A stretch of 64,000 nucleotides of DNA from a virus (taxonomy: Duplodnaviria > Caudoviricetes). Every line of letters begins with the position of its first letter. Within the stretch, counting starts at the first letter, position 1. The stretch lies in IMG/VR virus record IMGVR_UViG_3300020048_000002; one strand, given 5' to 3'. Below are positions 29,138 through 39,785 of the stretch, in pieces. The notes beneath the pieces were generated by a model. That model was given only the letters and a program-made list of their open reading frames with translations, was not told the DNA's origin and ran no database searches. The position numbers and the translations under genes were made by a program.

Positions 29138-31364
29138 GCCCCTCTCTTACACCGGAGGAAGCTACGACCGCCTCAGAAACAGCACGACCAAATGCTGTGT
29201 TCCTCTGTACCACCTTGTCGTTTCCGATGGCCTTGTAAATCGAGAAGGGATCCCCGAGGAGCCAGCACTTTTGCTTGGCTCGTGTGACGGCCGTGTAGAA
29301 GAGGTTGCGCTGAAGCATCCTGCCGTGGCTTTTGACCACGGGGAGGATCACGGTGTCGAACTCTGAGCCCTGAGACTTGTGGACCGTGATGGCGTAGGCG
29401 AGCCGAAGAAGCTCCGCTGCCTCACTTTTCGGGATGTGTACGATGGTGTCTACGGCACCCGAACCTACCCCGTGAATGCGGACGACCAGCGTCTCTCTCG
29501 TGATCTCTACGAGTTTCCCCATGTCGCCGTTGTAGACCGAGAGCTTGTAGTTGTTCTTGATGACCATGAGACGGTCGCCCACACGAGCATGGAAGTACCC
29601 GGCCTTCCACTCGGGCTGTCCTGCACTCGGGTTCAATGCCTCACGGAGACGGTCATTCAGGTTGTTGACCCCCACCTGACCATCGTACTTCGGTGTGAGG
29701 ACTTGGAAGTTCGCATCTCTTGTTTTGAGCTTGACCGCCATCTGGACGATGAACTTCGCGATCAGGTCCTCGTCCACCATGTGAACGAACTGAAACTCGC
29801 TCTCCGGGGGCCGCTTCTCCAAAGAGAGGGTTTCTCCCCGATTGATAGCGTGAGAGGCAACCACGATCTCGCTCGTGTGTTGCTGCCGAAAAATCTGATC
29901 CAATCTGACGTTGGGGATCTGTTCCGAGGTAAGCAACTCCCGCAGTACGTTTCCAGGCCCAACGCTAGGTAACTGTGCGTCATCGCCAACCAAAATGAGA
30001 ATCGTGTCCGGATGCAGAGCGTCGAGAACCCGGAAGAATAGCTCCTGGTCCACCATCGACATCTCGTCCACGATCACGGCATCGGTCTGGTACTTGTTGG
30101 CGTGGTGGTAGGTCCAACCCTCGCCGTCATACCCAAAAAGTCGATGGATCGTGTGCGAGTCAGAACCGGTTACAGCGGCTAAGCGTTTTGCTGCAATCCC
30201 GGTTGGGGCCATGAGGCTGTAAGACAAACTACGCTCACGGAACAATCGAACGAAGGCCCGCACCAAAGTCGTCTTGCCGGTGCCAGGGAGACCCGTGAGA
30301 ACAAGCACACGATTCTCCACCACCTTACGGAGCCCGTCTCGTTGGGCCATAGATAGCGTGATGTCGTTTACTCTCTCGTAGTCTGAAACGAACTTATCGA
30401 GGTCGAGATCGAAGTTCGACTTCGACACGAACTTCGCCAGCATGGAGGCACTCTCACGTTCATGCCTCCATGCGTTGGGCAAGTAGACTCCCGCCAAGGG
30501 ATCGACGTACACGTCCCGTCGAGCCGCCATGCGATCGACGGCTTCCACGAGAGCTTTTTCGAGGTCATCCACCTCGAAGGATTCCATGAACTCTCGTTGC
30601 ATGAGAGTGTCCACCATGGAAGGAAGATCCCCACGACGTAAGTACAAGTGCCCTTCCTGGGACTCTTGCCGGAGGAGGTACAGGATAACCCCCTCAAAGC
30701 GCGCAGGGTGGTTTCTGGGGAACCCCTGCTTGAAGGCTAGCTTATCCGCAAGGGCAAACGAAAACCCTGAAATGCCCACGAGACGGTAAGGGTTCTCCGA
30801 GATGACGTCGATTGCCGAAGCGTCAAAGGTCGCATGGATCGTCCGTACCGTTTGAGCATCGACCTGGAAGTCCGCCAAGAACAGACTGAGGTCCGTGAGA
30901 CTCCGAGCTTTGGTCCAGCTAATGACCGCCCGATCCACTTTTGACCTGAGCGGGCTGTCGACCGGCACGACGGCCTGAGCTTCGGCAGCCCTTCGAGTCA
31001 AGACCTCGAAGGTATCCTGACCGAACTCAGTCACTAGGAACTCGGCCACCTCGTCGTCCATATCGGCGACGCACTCGGAAAGGAACTTGGTGATGTCCTT
31101 GGGGTACTTCGCGTAAGGAGCCCACCCAGACGGGATGAACTGCTTGCCGTACTTGGCATGAGCCCCCCAATGACCGACGAAACCAACCGTCACACCCACC
31201 GTGATCTGCAAGAGGCCAAACAGAGAACCCGCTACGGTAACAACCTTGTCCTCCACGGCTGGACTCGATTCGTCTACCGTCATTGAGAATACGTAGAATC
31301 CTTCACCCTTGTGGCGGATCGAAACAACACGACCGGAAATTACAGCCACGGAATCAAGCTCCAA
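29112..31364 (-). CDS. recD2: RecD2-like SF1 helicase
   Basis: NPYRL, GLPGTGKT, APTGIAA, DEMSM, GDDAQL and AYAITVHKSQGSE. Confidence 0.93.
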   Translation of the reverse strand: MELDSVAVISGRVVSIRHKGEGFYVFSMTVDESSPAVEDKVVTVAGSLFGLLQITVGVTVGFVGHWGAHAKYGKQFIPSGWAPYAKYPKDITKFLSECVADMDDEVAEFLVTEFGQDTFEVLTRRAAEAQAVVPVDSPLRSKVDRAVISWTKARSLTDLSLFLADFQVDAQTVRTIHATFDASAIDVISENPYRLVGISGFSFALADKLAFKQGFPRNHPARFEGVILYLLRQESQEGHLYLRRGDLPSMVDTLMQREFMESFEVDDLEKALVEAVDRMAARRDVYVDPLAGVYLPNAWRHERESASMLAKFVSKSNFDLDLDKFVSDYERVNDITLSMAQRDGLRKVVENRVLVLTGLPGTGKTTLVRAFVRLFRERSLSYSLMAPTGIAAKRLAAVTGSDSHTIHRLFGYDGEGWTYHHANKYQTDAVIVDEMSMVDQELFFRVLDALHPDTILILVGDDAQLPSVGPGNVLRELLTSEQIPNVRLDQIFRQQHTSEIVVASHAINRGETLSLEKRPPESEFQFVHMVDEDLIAKFIVQMAVKLKTRDANFQVLTPKYDGQVGVNNLNDRLREALNPSAGQPEWKAGYFHARVGDRLMVIKNNYKLSVYNGDMGKLVEITRETLVVRIHGVGSGAVDTIVHIPKSEAAELLRLAYAITVHKSQGSEFDTVILPVVKSHGRMLQRNLFYTAVTRAKQKCWLLGDPFSIYKAIGNDKVVQRNTAFGRAVSEAVVASSGVREGHERREEAR

Positions 31365-33255
31365 CCATCGCTAGGAAGTTCTCTTCAGAGATGCACGTTG
31401 TCCCAAGTTTACGTGCATTCACAGCTTTCGACGAGTCCGAAGTTGGATCTGCTATGACGAGGTAGGTCAGGCCCTTGGCGACGTTGCTCTTCACCACCCC
31501 ACCATGCTGAACCACAAGACCGAGCAGCTCCGACCTCTTCCGCTGCATCGTCCCGGTAAAGCAAAAAGTCTTTCCGGTTAGCTTGCCCTTGATCTTCTCC
31601 TTGATCCGTACACCGGCCCGAAGGAGGTCCGATACAACACGATCTCCGGTTCCGTGTGTCCAGCGGTAGAGCGCCTCTGCCTTGATTGGACCCAAACCAG
31701 GAATCGCCTGAAGTGCTGCTAGTTCCGCCGCCTGAATAGCGGCCCAAGAATCGTGGCCAGCATCGGTGACCATCTGGATCGTCTGCGTTGCACACAAGGG
31801 GATAGAGAGAGCCCCAAGCAGAAGCTCGATCGGAAGCTCAACCTTTTCCCACAGGAGGTTGCGTAACTTGTGGGCAACATGCTCGCTCACCCGGTCGATC
31901 TCCGTGAGGTGCCCCACGTCTAGGCGGTAAAGGTCCGCAGGTGTCTTGACCTTTCCGCTCTCCACAAGTCTCTCAATGAGAGTGTCCCCCCACTCCTTGA
32001 CGTCGAGCGTGTGGATGTACCGCTTGATGCGCCCCACGGCTTGAGCCGGACACTCCGCCGTGTTGGGGCACACGAGGTATTCGCCTTCTTTGACGACATC
32101 TGCTTCGCAACAAGGGCAGGTTGACGGAAATACGACGTCCCCACCCTCACGAGAGACGACGGACATGATCCTCGGGATCACATCGTTTGCACGGGCAACG
32201 AGAACACGGGACCCAAGATTAGCCCCAATCTCCAAAATGTACTTCTGGTTGTACAGGCTCGCCTGAGACACCGTTGCCCCCATGAGGTTTACGGGGTCAA
32301 AATGACCAACAGGCGTAAGCCTCCCCGTCCCACCAACCTGCCAGTCGATGCGACGGAGCGTGGTCTCTTTGGCCGCCGGGGCAAACTTGAACGCCACCGC
32401 TCCACGGGGACGCCCATCCTTGTCGCCGAGGGATGTCTGCTTCGCTAAATCCTCAACCCGGACGACGAGGCCATCAATGTCGTAGTCGAGGGTGTCCCGG
32501 TGTCCCTGTTGATAGTGAGCCCAAACGTCAACCGGGTTTTCAACCACACTCCACTCGGGTACCTGAAGACCCTTCCTTGTTAGCCACAGGAGTTGCTCCG
32601 ACTCCGTTGCGAAGTCCCAGCCGTCCACCACCTGGTAGAAAAAGACGGACAGGTGCTCACACCCTTTACCGTCGTACCGCTTGGAGATCCCGGACGCTGC
32701 GTTGCGAGGGTTCGCGTAGTCGGGGAAGTACTCTGCATGATCCGACTTGAGGAGTACAATCTCCCCTCGGAGTGAACCGGAGAACCCAGAGAGGGTGGTC
32801 GGGACACCCTTCATCTGGATGGCGTTGAGAGTGATGTCCTCCCCCACCTTACCGTCCCCACGGGTAATCGCCTGCTCGTACTTTCCCCGTGAGTAGCGGA
32901 TGTGGATACCTACCCCGTCAAGTTTTTCGGTAACGAAAAGGGGCTGGTCCAACGACCCAACCCCTTTTCGCCACGCTGCAAGTTCTTCGGGGGTGTTCAC
33001 CTTGTCGAGCGACCCCATGACAAACCCGTGCTCAGCCTTTTTCCACTCAGAGGCCGTGGGAACAGGGGCACCAACGCTCGTGACCTCGGGGGACGAAGGA
33101 GCAAGCTCCCTTAGCTCGTCCACCCAGGCGTCGTACTGGTCATCGGAGACAGTGGGGGTACCGTTGTAGTACGCCTCTCTTGCCGCCTTGATCTTCGACT
33201 CAAGCTCAGGGATTCGGTGCTCATCGGGCTCAGAGAGAAGGGCCATGAGGTCCAT
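31354..33255 (-). CDS. ligA: NAD-dependent DNA ligase
   Basis: AYY..SDDQYD, EKLDG, TRGDG, zinc finger and BRCT. Start reassigned to ATG 33255. Confidence 0.95.
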   Translation of the reverse strand: MDLMALLSEPDEHRIPELESKIKAAREAYYNGTPTVSDDQYDAWVDELRELAPSSPEVTSVGAPVPTASEWKKAEHGFVMGSLDKVNTPEELAAWRKGVGSLDQPLFVTEKLDGVGIHIRYSRGKYEQAITRGDGKVGEDITLNAIQMKGVPTTLSGFSGSLRGEIVLLKSDHAEYFPDYANPRNAASGISKRYDGKGCEHLSVFFYQVVDGWDFATESEQLLWLTRKGLQVPEWSVVENPVDVWAHYQQGHRDTLDYDIDGLVVRVEDLAKQTSLGDKDGRPRGAVAFKFAPAAKETTLRRIDWQVGGTGRLTPVGHFDPVNLMGATVSQASLYNQKYILEIGANLGSRVLVARANDVIPRIMSVVSREGGDVVFPSTCPCCEADVVKEGEYLVCPNTAECPAQAVGRIKRYIHTLDVKEWGDTLIERLVESGKVKTPADLYRLDVGHLTEIDRVSEHVAHKLRNLLWEKVELPIELLLGALSIPLCATQTIQMVTDAGHDSWAAIQAAELAALQAIPGLGPIKAEALYRWTHGTGDRVVSDLLRAGVRIKEKIKGKLTGKTFCFTGTMQRKRSELLGLVVQHGGVVKSNVAKGLTYLVIADPTSDSSKAVNARKLGTTCISEENFLAMVGA

Positions 33256-33297
33256 GGCCCTTCTCTTACACCAGTCAGGCAGCAACCGAAAGCGACA

Positions 33298-33546
33298 CTA
33301 GGCGTTACCCTTTGCGTGAGGTACCCCATCCATCGGGATCTCCCCCGCCTCCACCATCTCGGCAATCTGGTTGATGGTCGAGAACGGGGCCACGATGAAG
33401 CGGACTTCCTCGCCCTTGTAGCGTTCGAGCACCGCTTGAACGTCAACGTAGTCGAAGCCTCCCTCGGGCCGCTCGCACCGAAGTACGAGGCGGCCCGTCA
33501 TGGGATCGAGTTCGACAACACCTTCCGCAACAACACCGAGGTCCAT
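33298..33546 (-). CDS. Hypothetical protein
   Basis: 82 aa from ATG 33546 with GAGGGA SD. Confidence 0.6.
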   Translation of the reverse strand: MDLGVVAEGVVELDPMTGRLVLRCERPEGGFDYVDVQAVLERYKGEEVRFIVAPFSTINQIAEMVEAGEIPMDGVPHAKGNA

Positions 33547-33554
33547 GTCATCCC

Positions 33555-36500
33555 TCACAGAATCGAACAGGCACCACCGGCACACGCGACCTCGCTCGTC
33601 AAATCGGTTTCGTCCGATTCTTCGAGCATAGTCGTGTAGTCCACCGGCTTGTAGCTTTCGAGGATCGCGTTCCAACGAACCTCGTCCGCCGGGGTCGTGA
33701 CTTCTTCGTTGGGGGCGAAGGCAAAATCCTTGTCCCCCGTGCTGGCCAACAGGCTGACCCCGGTGAAAAAGTCACGGTTCTCCCAAAGGTAGTCCGCAAC
33801 CTTGTCCCACTCGTCGGGACGCACCGTGACGGTGTTGGAGACGTTGTGGTTGAGGCCAGGCGAATGCTTGGGGTCAGCGGTACCGGGAAGAACCCAGTTC
33901 TGTTGGGTGCTCTTGACCATCTCAAGGAACTGGATGGCCGAAAGATCCGACTTGACCGTAGCTCCAGCGGGAGCCTCGACCGGGAACTCGATGACGTACT
34001 TCCCGTCGGGCTTGCGGACGCACATGTGCGGGTTCACAGCCTTGAAGGCTTGGAACACATGCTCTAGTTCATCCGCCGTGACCCGTCGAATGTAACGGCG
34101 AGCGTGGTGTGGGTGGTGACCGGAACCAACGCACCCAAGCTCCAGGGACGTCGTGTTGTGGCTCTTGACGGCACCGTCATAGAACCAGTGCGTACCCTCA
34201 ACCTCGACATCAAAGGTTGGCATGATACCGAGTGAACGAACCGATCGAATCTTACCCGGGATCTGCCTGCCACGAGTCGTCTCGTTATCTAGTTGCCAGC
34301 CAGTGAAGTCAGAGCTTTCGACAAATGTACAGCACTTCACACTTTGAAGGGCGAGGTGATCAAACGCTGCACGATCAGTTGGCGAAGCCGACAAGCTGAG
34401 ATGGTAGAGATGCCGTTGCTCTTGATAGCTATCGCCTTGACTCTGCAAGGATCGCCCAAATCCCAAGCCCACCGCCCAAGCAACCTGCTGAAAGTGCCGA
34501 GCAAAGTCGTCGGAGGCCGTCGAAATTTGCGGGCGAGCCCCAGTAGTGGTTTTGTTCAAGCACCCATCAGAGTCAAGCAGGCCCGCTACAAACGATACGA
34601 TGTGCCGCCAAGACGAGGATCGGACGCAACGAGGAATACGCTCAAGGGTATCTCCCTCTGCGTACTTTTCGATCCCGTTCCGGGTCAACCAGAGCCAAAG
34701 GTGCTTAGACCCAATCTCAAGCGACGCGGCATCCCTGTCGGCAAGTTCATGAATGTTGGCCTCCAGTCCGAACTTTTCTTGCAGAATGCGGCGAGCCTTG
34801 GCCAACACGGATCGGTTACCGTCAACAAAACGAAGACGGTATTTCGTAAGCGATTGTGCCCCGTCCCCCCAAAGATAACCGATGAGCCAAGCGAGATCAT
34901 CGTCCATCACAGCGGGTTGCTGGATGGGTTTTGCAGCCGAACGCATCGTCAAAGCTCGCACGTTGACGGTCGTCATCGTCGAAGGTACTTCGTTTCGGTA
35001 GATTGACGTGTTCACCGATAGTACATCGCCAGGAGCCAATCGATTCGCAGCGACCCAGTCGTTGACTTCTTCTCGTTTCGAGCTTCCTTGGTGAGAATGC
35101 CGATACTCGACGAACCACGGGTGGTTTGGCGTGGATCGCACCACGAGCCCGTAACTCATCTCAATCTCCAACACCTCTGAAGACCCATTGTCGAACGTGC
35201 GAGTGATGGGAGACATGGTTTCCCCCTGAAGCGCCGACAACTTTTCTGGTTGGGGTGCCCACGTCTCGCCAGTCGGGTGGTGCCAGCACATCTCTTCTAG
35301 GGTCAAGATGCCCTTGTCCGTCGTTGTAAGGGCGTCCCACGGACGACAACCAGAGGGCTTCACACAAGTTGTACGAGCGGCTGGTTTGATCCCAATCTTC
35401 GCCGAGTACTCCGCGTTCCAAGCCTTGATCTTACCAGCGATCTCTCGCTGGTACTCGGGGTTGCAGGCGATGTGAGGGGCATCCAACATACCCGTCATCC
35501 CAATCCCGAGGAGAGCCTCACGCGCGGCCAACGTCTCGCTGACCCAGCCAAGGTAGGGCATCTTGGTGTAGCCCGCCTGAAGGGTACCGATGATCGTGGC
35601 CGCCTTGGCAGCTTCCTCAAAGTCAGCAAGACTCGTGAGCTTTGAGGCGTTGATCTCACAAAGGTTGCAGAAAGCCCACCCCGTATAGGTCTGCCCCACC
35701 GTAACTTGAATATTACGCTTGGCGAGCTTGGCTTGCTCCTCCTCGGTGACAACGAGCTTTGGGTTGAGCCCAATCTCACAGCAGGGGTTGGTCCCGTAGT
35801 CGTAGTCGTTCGTGAAGTAGAAACCAGGCTCACCCCACTGCCGAGTCATCCCGAAGATTCGCTTGAACTGCTTCTTCTTCACCTCGTCGCGCTTCAACAC
35901 GACCGAGTTGTTGGAGTTGGCGAGGTAGGGCTCGGTCGCCCACCAGTTTCCCGTCTTGATGTGCATCATCTCGGAATCGTCGAGCGAGAAGAGGCAAATC
36001 ATCGCCGAACGCCGGATACCACCCGAGAGAACTGCGTCTGCCGCATGACACATGATACGGTGACATTCGACCGGACGGAGCTTGCGGCCCTGAGCGGCTG
36101 CGAGGACGCCACGGATTTTCTCCAGTGAGTCCTTGAGCTTCAAGTGACCGGGAGCACGACCCCCCGAGGTACGGAGCGGGGTCCCCGCCGACCGAATCTG
36201 GTGGTAAGCAAACTCAAGGTTGACCCCATCGATGTAGCTCTGGATGAGAGCCTTGAGAGCGTCCGCCCACCCCTCGATGGTGTCCTCGATAACGTGGTGT
36301 CGAACGATCTTGGTATCGATGTAACCGATACTGGGGAGCTTTTCGATGTGGTCGAACTGTACCGAATACCCCACGCCGCAACCCGCTAGGAGGAGGAACA
36401 GGGCTTCGGAAAAGACCTCGGGGCGGTCCACCAAAGAGAACGAACAATTGAAAATCCGGTTGTTATTCGCGAGGATAGCCGAACCACCGAACTGCATGGA

Positions 36501-37049
36501 CCGCATGGAAGGGAGAACTCGCTTGTCCCGCACGCGATCAAAGGCCCAACGAATCTCGTCGGCCATCTCGGGGTACTCTCCCAAGTGCATCTCCTCAACA
36601 CGCCCGACGGTCTCTGTGTAGACCTCACGGCGCTTGTACGCTGGGACGTAACGTGCGTACTTTCCAGCGTGGATGTAGTCGGAGATTGCTTTCAGGTCAG
36701 GGGTCTTTTGGGTTCGACCTTGACGTGCCTCGGCCCGCTTGTGTCGGTAGAGGATGTACGCACGAGCGACCCCAAACTGGCCTTGCTTCATGAGAGCGGT
36801 CTCAACCGCATCTTGAAGCACTTCCACATCAACCGTCTCATCCGACACGGCGTTCAAGACCATGTTGACGACACGGTTGATGGCCCGCTCGTCCAAGGAA
36901 CCCTTGGACTCTTGCCATGCACGGCTCACGGCACCCTTGAGCTTCCCCGCATCGAACGGCTGAAGCGTTTGCCCATCCCGCTTGCGGGTATGCTTTGGCC
37001 CACGGGACGAACTATCAACAGAGAGCGTGAAATTCTCAGGTGCAAGCAT
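33555..37049 (-). CDS. nrdJ: Class II (B12-dependent) ribonucleotide reductase with ATP cone and intein
   Basis: KRDG..PFD ATP cone, FNCS, GGIRRSA, NPCCEI, TCVKPSG|intein|TTS and C-terminal CAGGAC. Start at ATG 37049 after GGAGGA. Confidence 0.92.
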   Translation of the reverse strand: MLAPENFTLSVDSSSRGPKHTRKRDGQTLQPFDAGKLKGAVSRAWQESKGSLDERAINRVVNMVLNAVSDETVDVEVLQDAVETALMKQGQFGVARAYILYRHKRAEARQGRTQKTPDLKAISDYIHAGKYARYVPAYKRREVYTETVGRVEEMHLGEYPEMADEIRWAFDRVRDKRVLPSMRSMQFGGSAILANNNRIFNCSFSLVDRPEVFSEALFLLLAGCGVGYSVQFDHIEKLPSIGYIDTKIVRHHVIEDTIEGWADALKALIQSYIDGVNLEFAYHQIRSAGTPLRTSGGRAPGHLKLKDSLEKIRGVLAAAQGRKLRPVECHRIMCHAADAVLSGGIRRSAMICLFSLDDSEMMHIKTGNWWATEPYLANSNNSVVLKRDEVKKKQFKRIFGMTRQWGEPGFYFTNDYDYGTNPCCEIGLNPKLVVTEEEQAKLAKRNIQVTVGQTYTGWAFCNLCEINASKLTSLADFEEAAKAATIIGTLQAGYTKMPYLGWVSETLAAREALLGIGMTGMLDAPHIACNPEYQREIAGKIKAWNAEYSAKIGIKPAARTTCVKPSGCRPWDALTTTDKGILTLEEMCWHHPTGETWAPQPEKLSALQGETMSPITRTFDNGSSEVLEIEMSYGLVVRSTPNHPWFVEYRHSHQGSSKREEVNDWVAANRLAPGDVLSVNTSIYRNEVPSTMTTVNVRALTMRSAAKPIQQPAVMDDDLAWLIGYLWGDGAQSLTKYRLRFVDGNRSVLAKARRILQEKFGLEANIHELADRDAASLEIGSKHLWLWLTRNGIEKYAEGDTLERIPRCVRSSSWRHIVSFVAGLLDSDGCLNKTTTGARPQISTASDDFARHFQQVAWAVGLGFGRSLQSQGDSYQEQRHLYHLSLSASPTDRAAFDHLALQSVKCCTFVESSDFTGWQLDNETTRGRQIPGKIRSVRSLGIMPTFDVEVEGTHWFYDGAVKSHNTTSLELGCVGSGHHPHHARRYIRRVTADELEHVFQAFKAVNPHMCVRKPDGKYVIEFPVEAPAGATVKSDLSAIQFLEMVKSTQQNWVLPGTADPKHSPGLNHNVSNTVTVRPDEWDKVADYLWENRDFFTGVSLLASTGDKDFAFAPNEEVTTPADEVRWNAILESYKPVDYTTMLEESDETDLTSEVACAGGACSIL
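34155..35348 (-). mobile_element. LAGLIDADG intein in nrdJ (398 aa)
   Basis: Starts CRPWDA, has TPNHP, IGYLWGDG and VAGLLDSDG, ends KSHN before Thr. Confidence 0.93.
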
Positions 37050-37063
37050 TTGCCTCAATCCTC

Positions 37064-38032
37064 CTAGACAGCCACCGCCAGCACAGCCAACTCGACAAGG
37101 GTCCTTTTCGAGCGGGCGGCACTCTTTACATCTACATCTAGTTTTTTGAGGCGGGTCATGTGCCCCACGAGGGACTTCATGGGGTGCCTCTGCACAACGG
37201 GCAAGAAGTGCGTCTTGCATCGCCAAGGGTGCATTCCGAGTGCGGTTGCTACCTCCTCCTCAGAGGCACCCTTGTCCACCATGGCTCTCGCCATGACGAT
37301 TTTCTCAGCCTGTTTGATCATCGAGTACGATATGGGCACATGGGCTTCCTCTCCCATGACCTTGTAGACCGTCGAAAGAAGGTTCATTGCCTTCTTCCGG
37401 TCCTTCGCAAAAGCTGCTTCCGCCACTTGATAGGGCTCCGCTGTCGGCGAAGGAGAGACGACGAGCTTGACTTGCTCTGCACCAACCTTGCCGCCAGTTC
37501 CGACGAGCGTGTGGAGCTTGGTTAGCTCGTTCGACAGCCGGTACAGATTGGGGCCAACAAGCTGGAATAGAAGGGTCGCAATACCTTCGTCGAAGGCGAG
37601 TTTGAGTCGACGAGCCTCCCCTTCGATCCACTTCACGAAGTCGTTGTTCTCACCCCAAGTCTTGAGCTTCTTGTGCTCAAACAGGCGACCCTTCTTTGCC
37701 GCCTGCGACCAGACCTCGGGACACTTCTCCGAGCGGACAATAGCGACGAGTATGACACTATCGTCGTTTGCATCCTTAGCCGCAATATATGCCTTTAGGG
37801 CCTTGTCCCCTTTGACCTTGTTGGCCTCGTCTACAATGACAAGACGCTTACCCCCATCCATGTTCCCTGTCTCGCAGATCCCAACGAGTTCTCGATCGTC
37901 AATCTCGTCCCCGGAAACTTGGACAACCTGTCGATCTTTCCAAGCACGAGCGCGGGCAAGGTCAAGGTCGAGGAAGTAGTCCTCGCCTCCAAAAGAGACA
38001 ACAAAGGCTTGAGTGCCAGTTTTCGCCGCCAC
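37064..38032 (-). CDS. holA: DNA polymerase III delta subunit
   Basis: FGGEDYF, RLVIV, LSNELTKL and LGMHPW...LDVDVKS. Confidence 0.8.
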   Translation of the reverse strand: MAAKTGTQAFVVSFGGEDYFLDLDLARARAWKDRQVVQVSGDEIDDRELVGICETGNMDGGKRLVIVDEANKVKGDKALKAYIAAKDANDDSVILVAIVRSEKCPEVWSQAAKKGRLFEHKKLKTWGENNDFVKWIEGEARRLKLAFDEGIATLLFQLVGPNLYRLSNELTKLHTLVGTGGKVGAEQVKLVVSPSPTAEPYQVAEAAFAKDRKKAMNLLSTVYKVMGEEAHVPISYSMIKQAEKIVMARAMVDKGASEEEVATALGMHPWRCKTHFLPVVQRHPMKSLVGHMTRLKKLDVDVKSAARSKRTLVELAVLAVAV

Positions 38033-38035
38033 GAA

Positions 38036-38992
38036 TCAGACCCCCGAGAAGGTTTCCAGGAATATCGTTTTTGCGTGAAAAGCTAGCTGGATTCGAGTTT
38101 CACGGGCTAGGGCAAGGGTCGCTTGTAGCTTCTGAAGTAGGTTCTGCCACGTCCCCCGTGACGTTGACCTCATGGCCTGTAGCGACACCATGAGGTCAAC
38201 GTTGAGCACGCTCTCGGGTGAGACTTCGAGCATGAGTAGGTCGTGAAGCAGAGTAGTGAGAAACCAGAGGGTGAGAGGGAGGTCTTTTTCGAGCTGATCG
38301 ATGAGTAGGAAGAGTCCCGCAACATCGTTCATTCGAGCGAAAGTCAACAGGCTCAACGCCTTGTCGCGTAGAGCCAGTCGACCCGAACCCCAGTACTGAA
38401 TCGCCTTGCCAATCGAGCCTTGGCTAATACGAGAGTAGACAAGAGCTTTCGTGGGATTCGACTCGAAGAGTTTGACCTTATCGAGCACGAAGGCTTCAGG
38501 TAGTGGGCGGAAGTTCAGGGTGCCGCACCGAGAACGAATCGTCGGAATGACTTTCGCCGCCGACTCTGCCAACAGGAGGAAGCGAGCCGTCGAGGGAGGC
38601 TCTTCCAAGGTCTTGAGCAAAGCGTTGGCGGCTGGGGTCGTCATACGATCCGCACCGTCGATCACAAACACTCGAACACGAGCTTGCGTAGGGTAGACGT
38701 AGGCAGCTTCGATCACGGATCGAGCTACGTCGACTCCAAGGTCCTTGTCCTCGGACGCAGCGACAAGAACAAGATCAGGGTGCGTGCCATGATCGACTTG
38801 AACGCAGTCGTAGCACTGGCAAGAGGACGCCCGTCCCCCCGAGCAGAACATCTCCTTGACGGTCTGTAAGGCAGCGTACCGTCTGCCCGTGCCAGGCAAC
38901 CCCACGAGGAGTAAGGGGCTCGTTATCCCCCCTTCGACAACACGCCTGAGAAAATGTACCGCAGTCTCTTGGTGTTGGACGTCACTTAGCAC
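38036..38992 (-). CDS. holB: DNA polymerase III delta-prime subunit
   Basis: C...CQCYDC, HPDL, ADRMT..AANALLKTLEEP and TIRSRC. Confidence 0.9.
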   Translation of the reverse strand: MLSDVQHQETAVHFLRRVVEGGITSPLLLVGLPGTGRRYAALQTVKEMFCSGGRASSCQCYDCVQVDHGTHPDLVLVAASEDKDLGVDVARSVIEAAYVYPTQARVRVFVIDGADRMTTPAANALLKTLEEPPSTARFLLLAESAAKVIPTIRSRCGTLNFRPLPEAFVLDKVKLFESNPTKALVYSRISQGSIGKAIQYWGSGRLALRDKALSLLTFARMNDVAGLFLLIDQLEKDLPLTLWFLTTLLHDLLMLEVSPESVLNVDLMVSLQAMRSTSRGTWQNLLQKLQATLALARETRIQLAFHAKTIFLETFSGV

Positions 38993-39170
38993 TCGAAGGC
39001 TCCGGTAGGGCTGGCAAAGCTGACGAGCGGGGGGCGTCTACCGGCACGAGCTGCATGACGAGATGAAAGTGCTGGCCGCACTTCCCGCATACGTGCCTGT
39101 GAGGCTCGACCCCACTCGCAACCAGAAGCCCCTTACACCGGAGGCAACGCAGAATGGATTCGGATTGCAC
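38982..39170 (-). CDS. Small zinc-ribbon protein
   Basis: CLRC...CGKC. Confidence 0.55.
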   Translation of the reverse strand: MQSESILRCLRCKGLLVASGVEPHRHVCGKCGQHFHLVMQLVPVDAPRSSALPALPEPSSAK

Positions 39171-39176
39171 GGACGG

Positions 39177-39392
39177 TCAGAAGTGGACGGGACCGCCAGT
39201 GGTGATTCCCCAGGACGCCTTGCACTTGACGCACTGGTACATCCGGTGGCCGCCTACTGTACCCGGGTGCTTCACCTCAATCGCCAGGATCGAATCACAC
39301 TCAGATCGCTTGCACTTCATGTGGACCCGGGGAGCGTCAGTAGACGCAGGGGAGGAGAGACCCGGAGCGGTCCCGGCAGGATCGATCGGCAT
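39177..39392 (-). CDS. Small zinc-ribbon protein
   Basis: CKRSEC...YQCVKC. Confidence 0.6.
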   Translation of the reverse strand: MPIDPAGTAPGLSSPASTDAPRVHMKCKRSECDSILAIEVKHPGTVGGHRMYQCVKCKASWGITTGGPVHF

Positions 39393-39401
39393 GGCGGCTT
39401 C

Positions 39402-39785
39402 CTAGTAAGGGGAGGTGGGGTACTCTTCGGGAAAGAGCCCCGTGAGAACATCGAGAATCCGCGTGTAGAGAGGATCCTGGACGATCGCACCGGGATCATA
39501 CACCGGTTCCACCTGATTCGTGTAGGGCAGAGGGTACTTCGCCGGAAAAAACGAGTCGTCTCGAAGGTACGGCTCGATCTTCTTCCAGTCCTCCGCCAGC
39601 ACCGCCACCTGGAAGTCTTTCGACTCCAGCTTGATTCCGTACGTACCTCGCATGTTGATCGAGCCGACCGACACAGGAAGGATGCCTCGGATGTACACCG
39701 TCATGGCCAAGGCCAGGTTGGGCAAGTCCTCTTGCCTCAACCGGCTGAGTCGACGACCGAACAGGTAGGAGAGCCGACTATCCAT
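39402..39785 (-). CDS. Hypothetical protein
   Basis: 127-aa ORF. Confidence 0.6.
   Translation of the reverse strand: MDSRLSYLFGRRLSRLRQEDLPNLALAMTVYIRGILPVSVGSINMRGTYGIKLESKDFQVAVLAEDWKKIEPYLRDDSFFPAKYPLPYTNQVEPVYDPGAIVQDPLYTRILDVLTGLFPEEYPTSPY

Noticed and set aside
37050-37226. N-terminal extension of nrdJ in the ORF track (likewise extensions of ligA, dcd and clpP)
   Set aside because: The extensions overlap upstream genes or promoter motifs, and the downstream starts have better SD or motif support.
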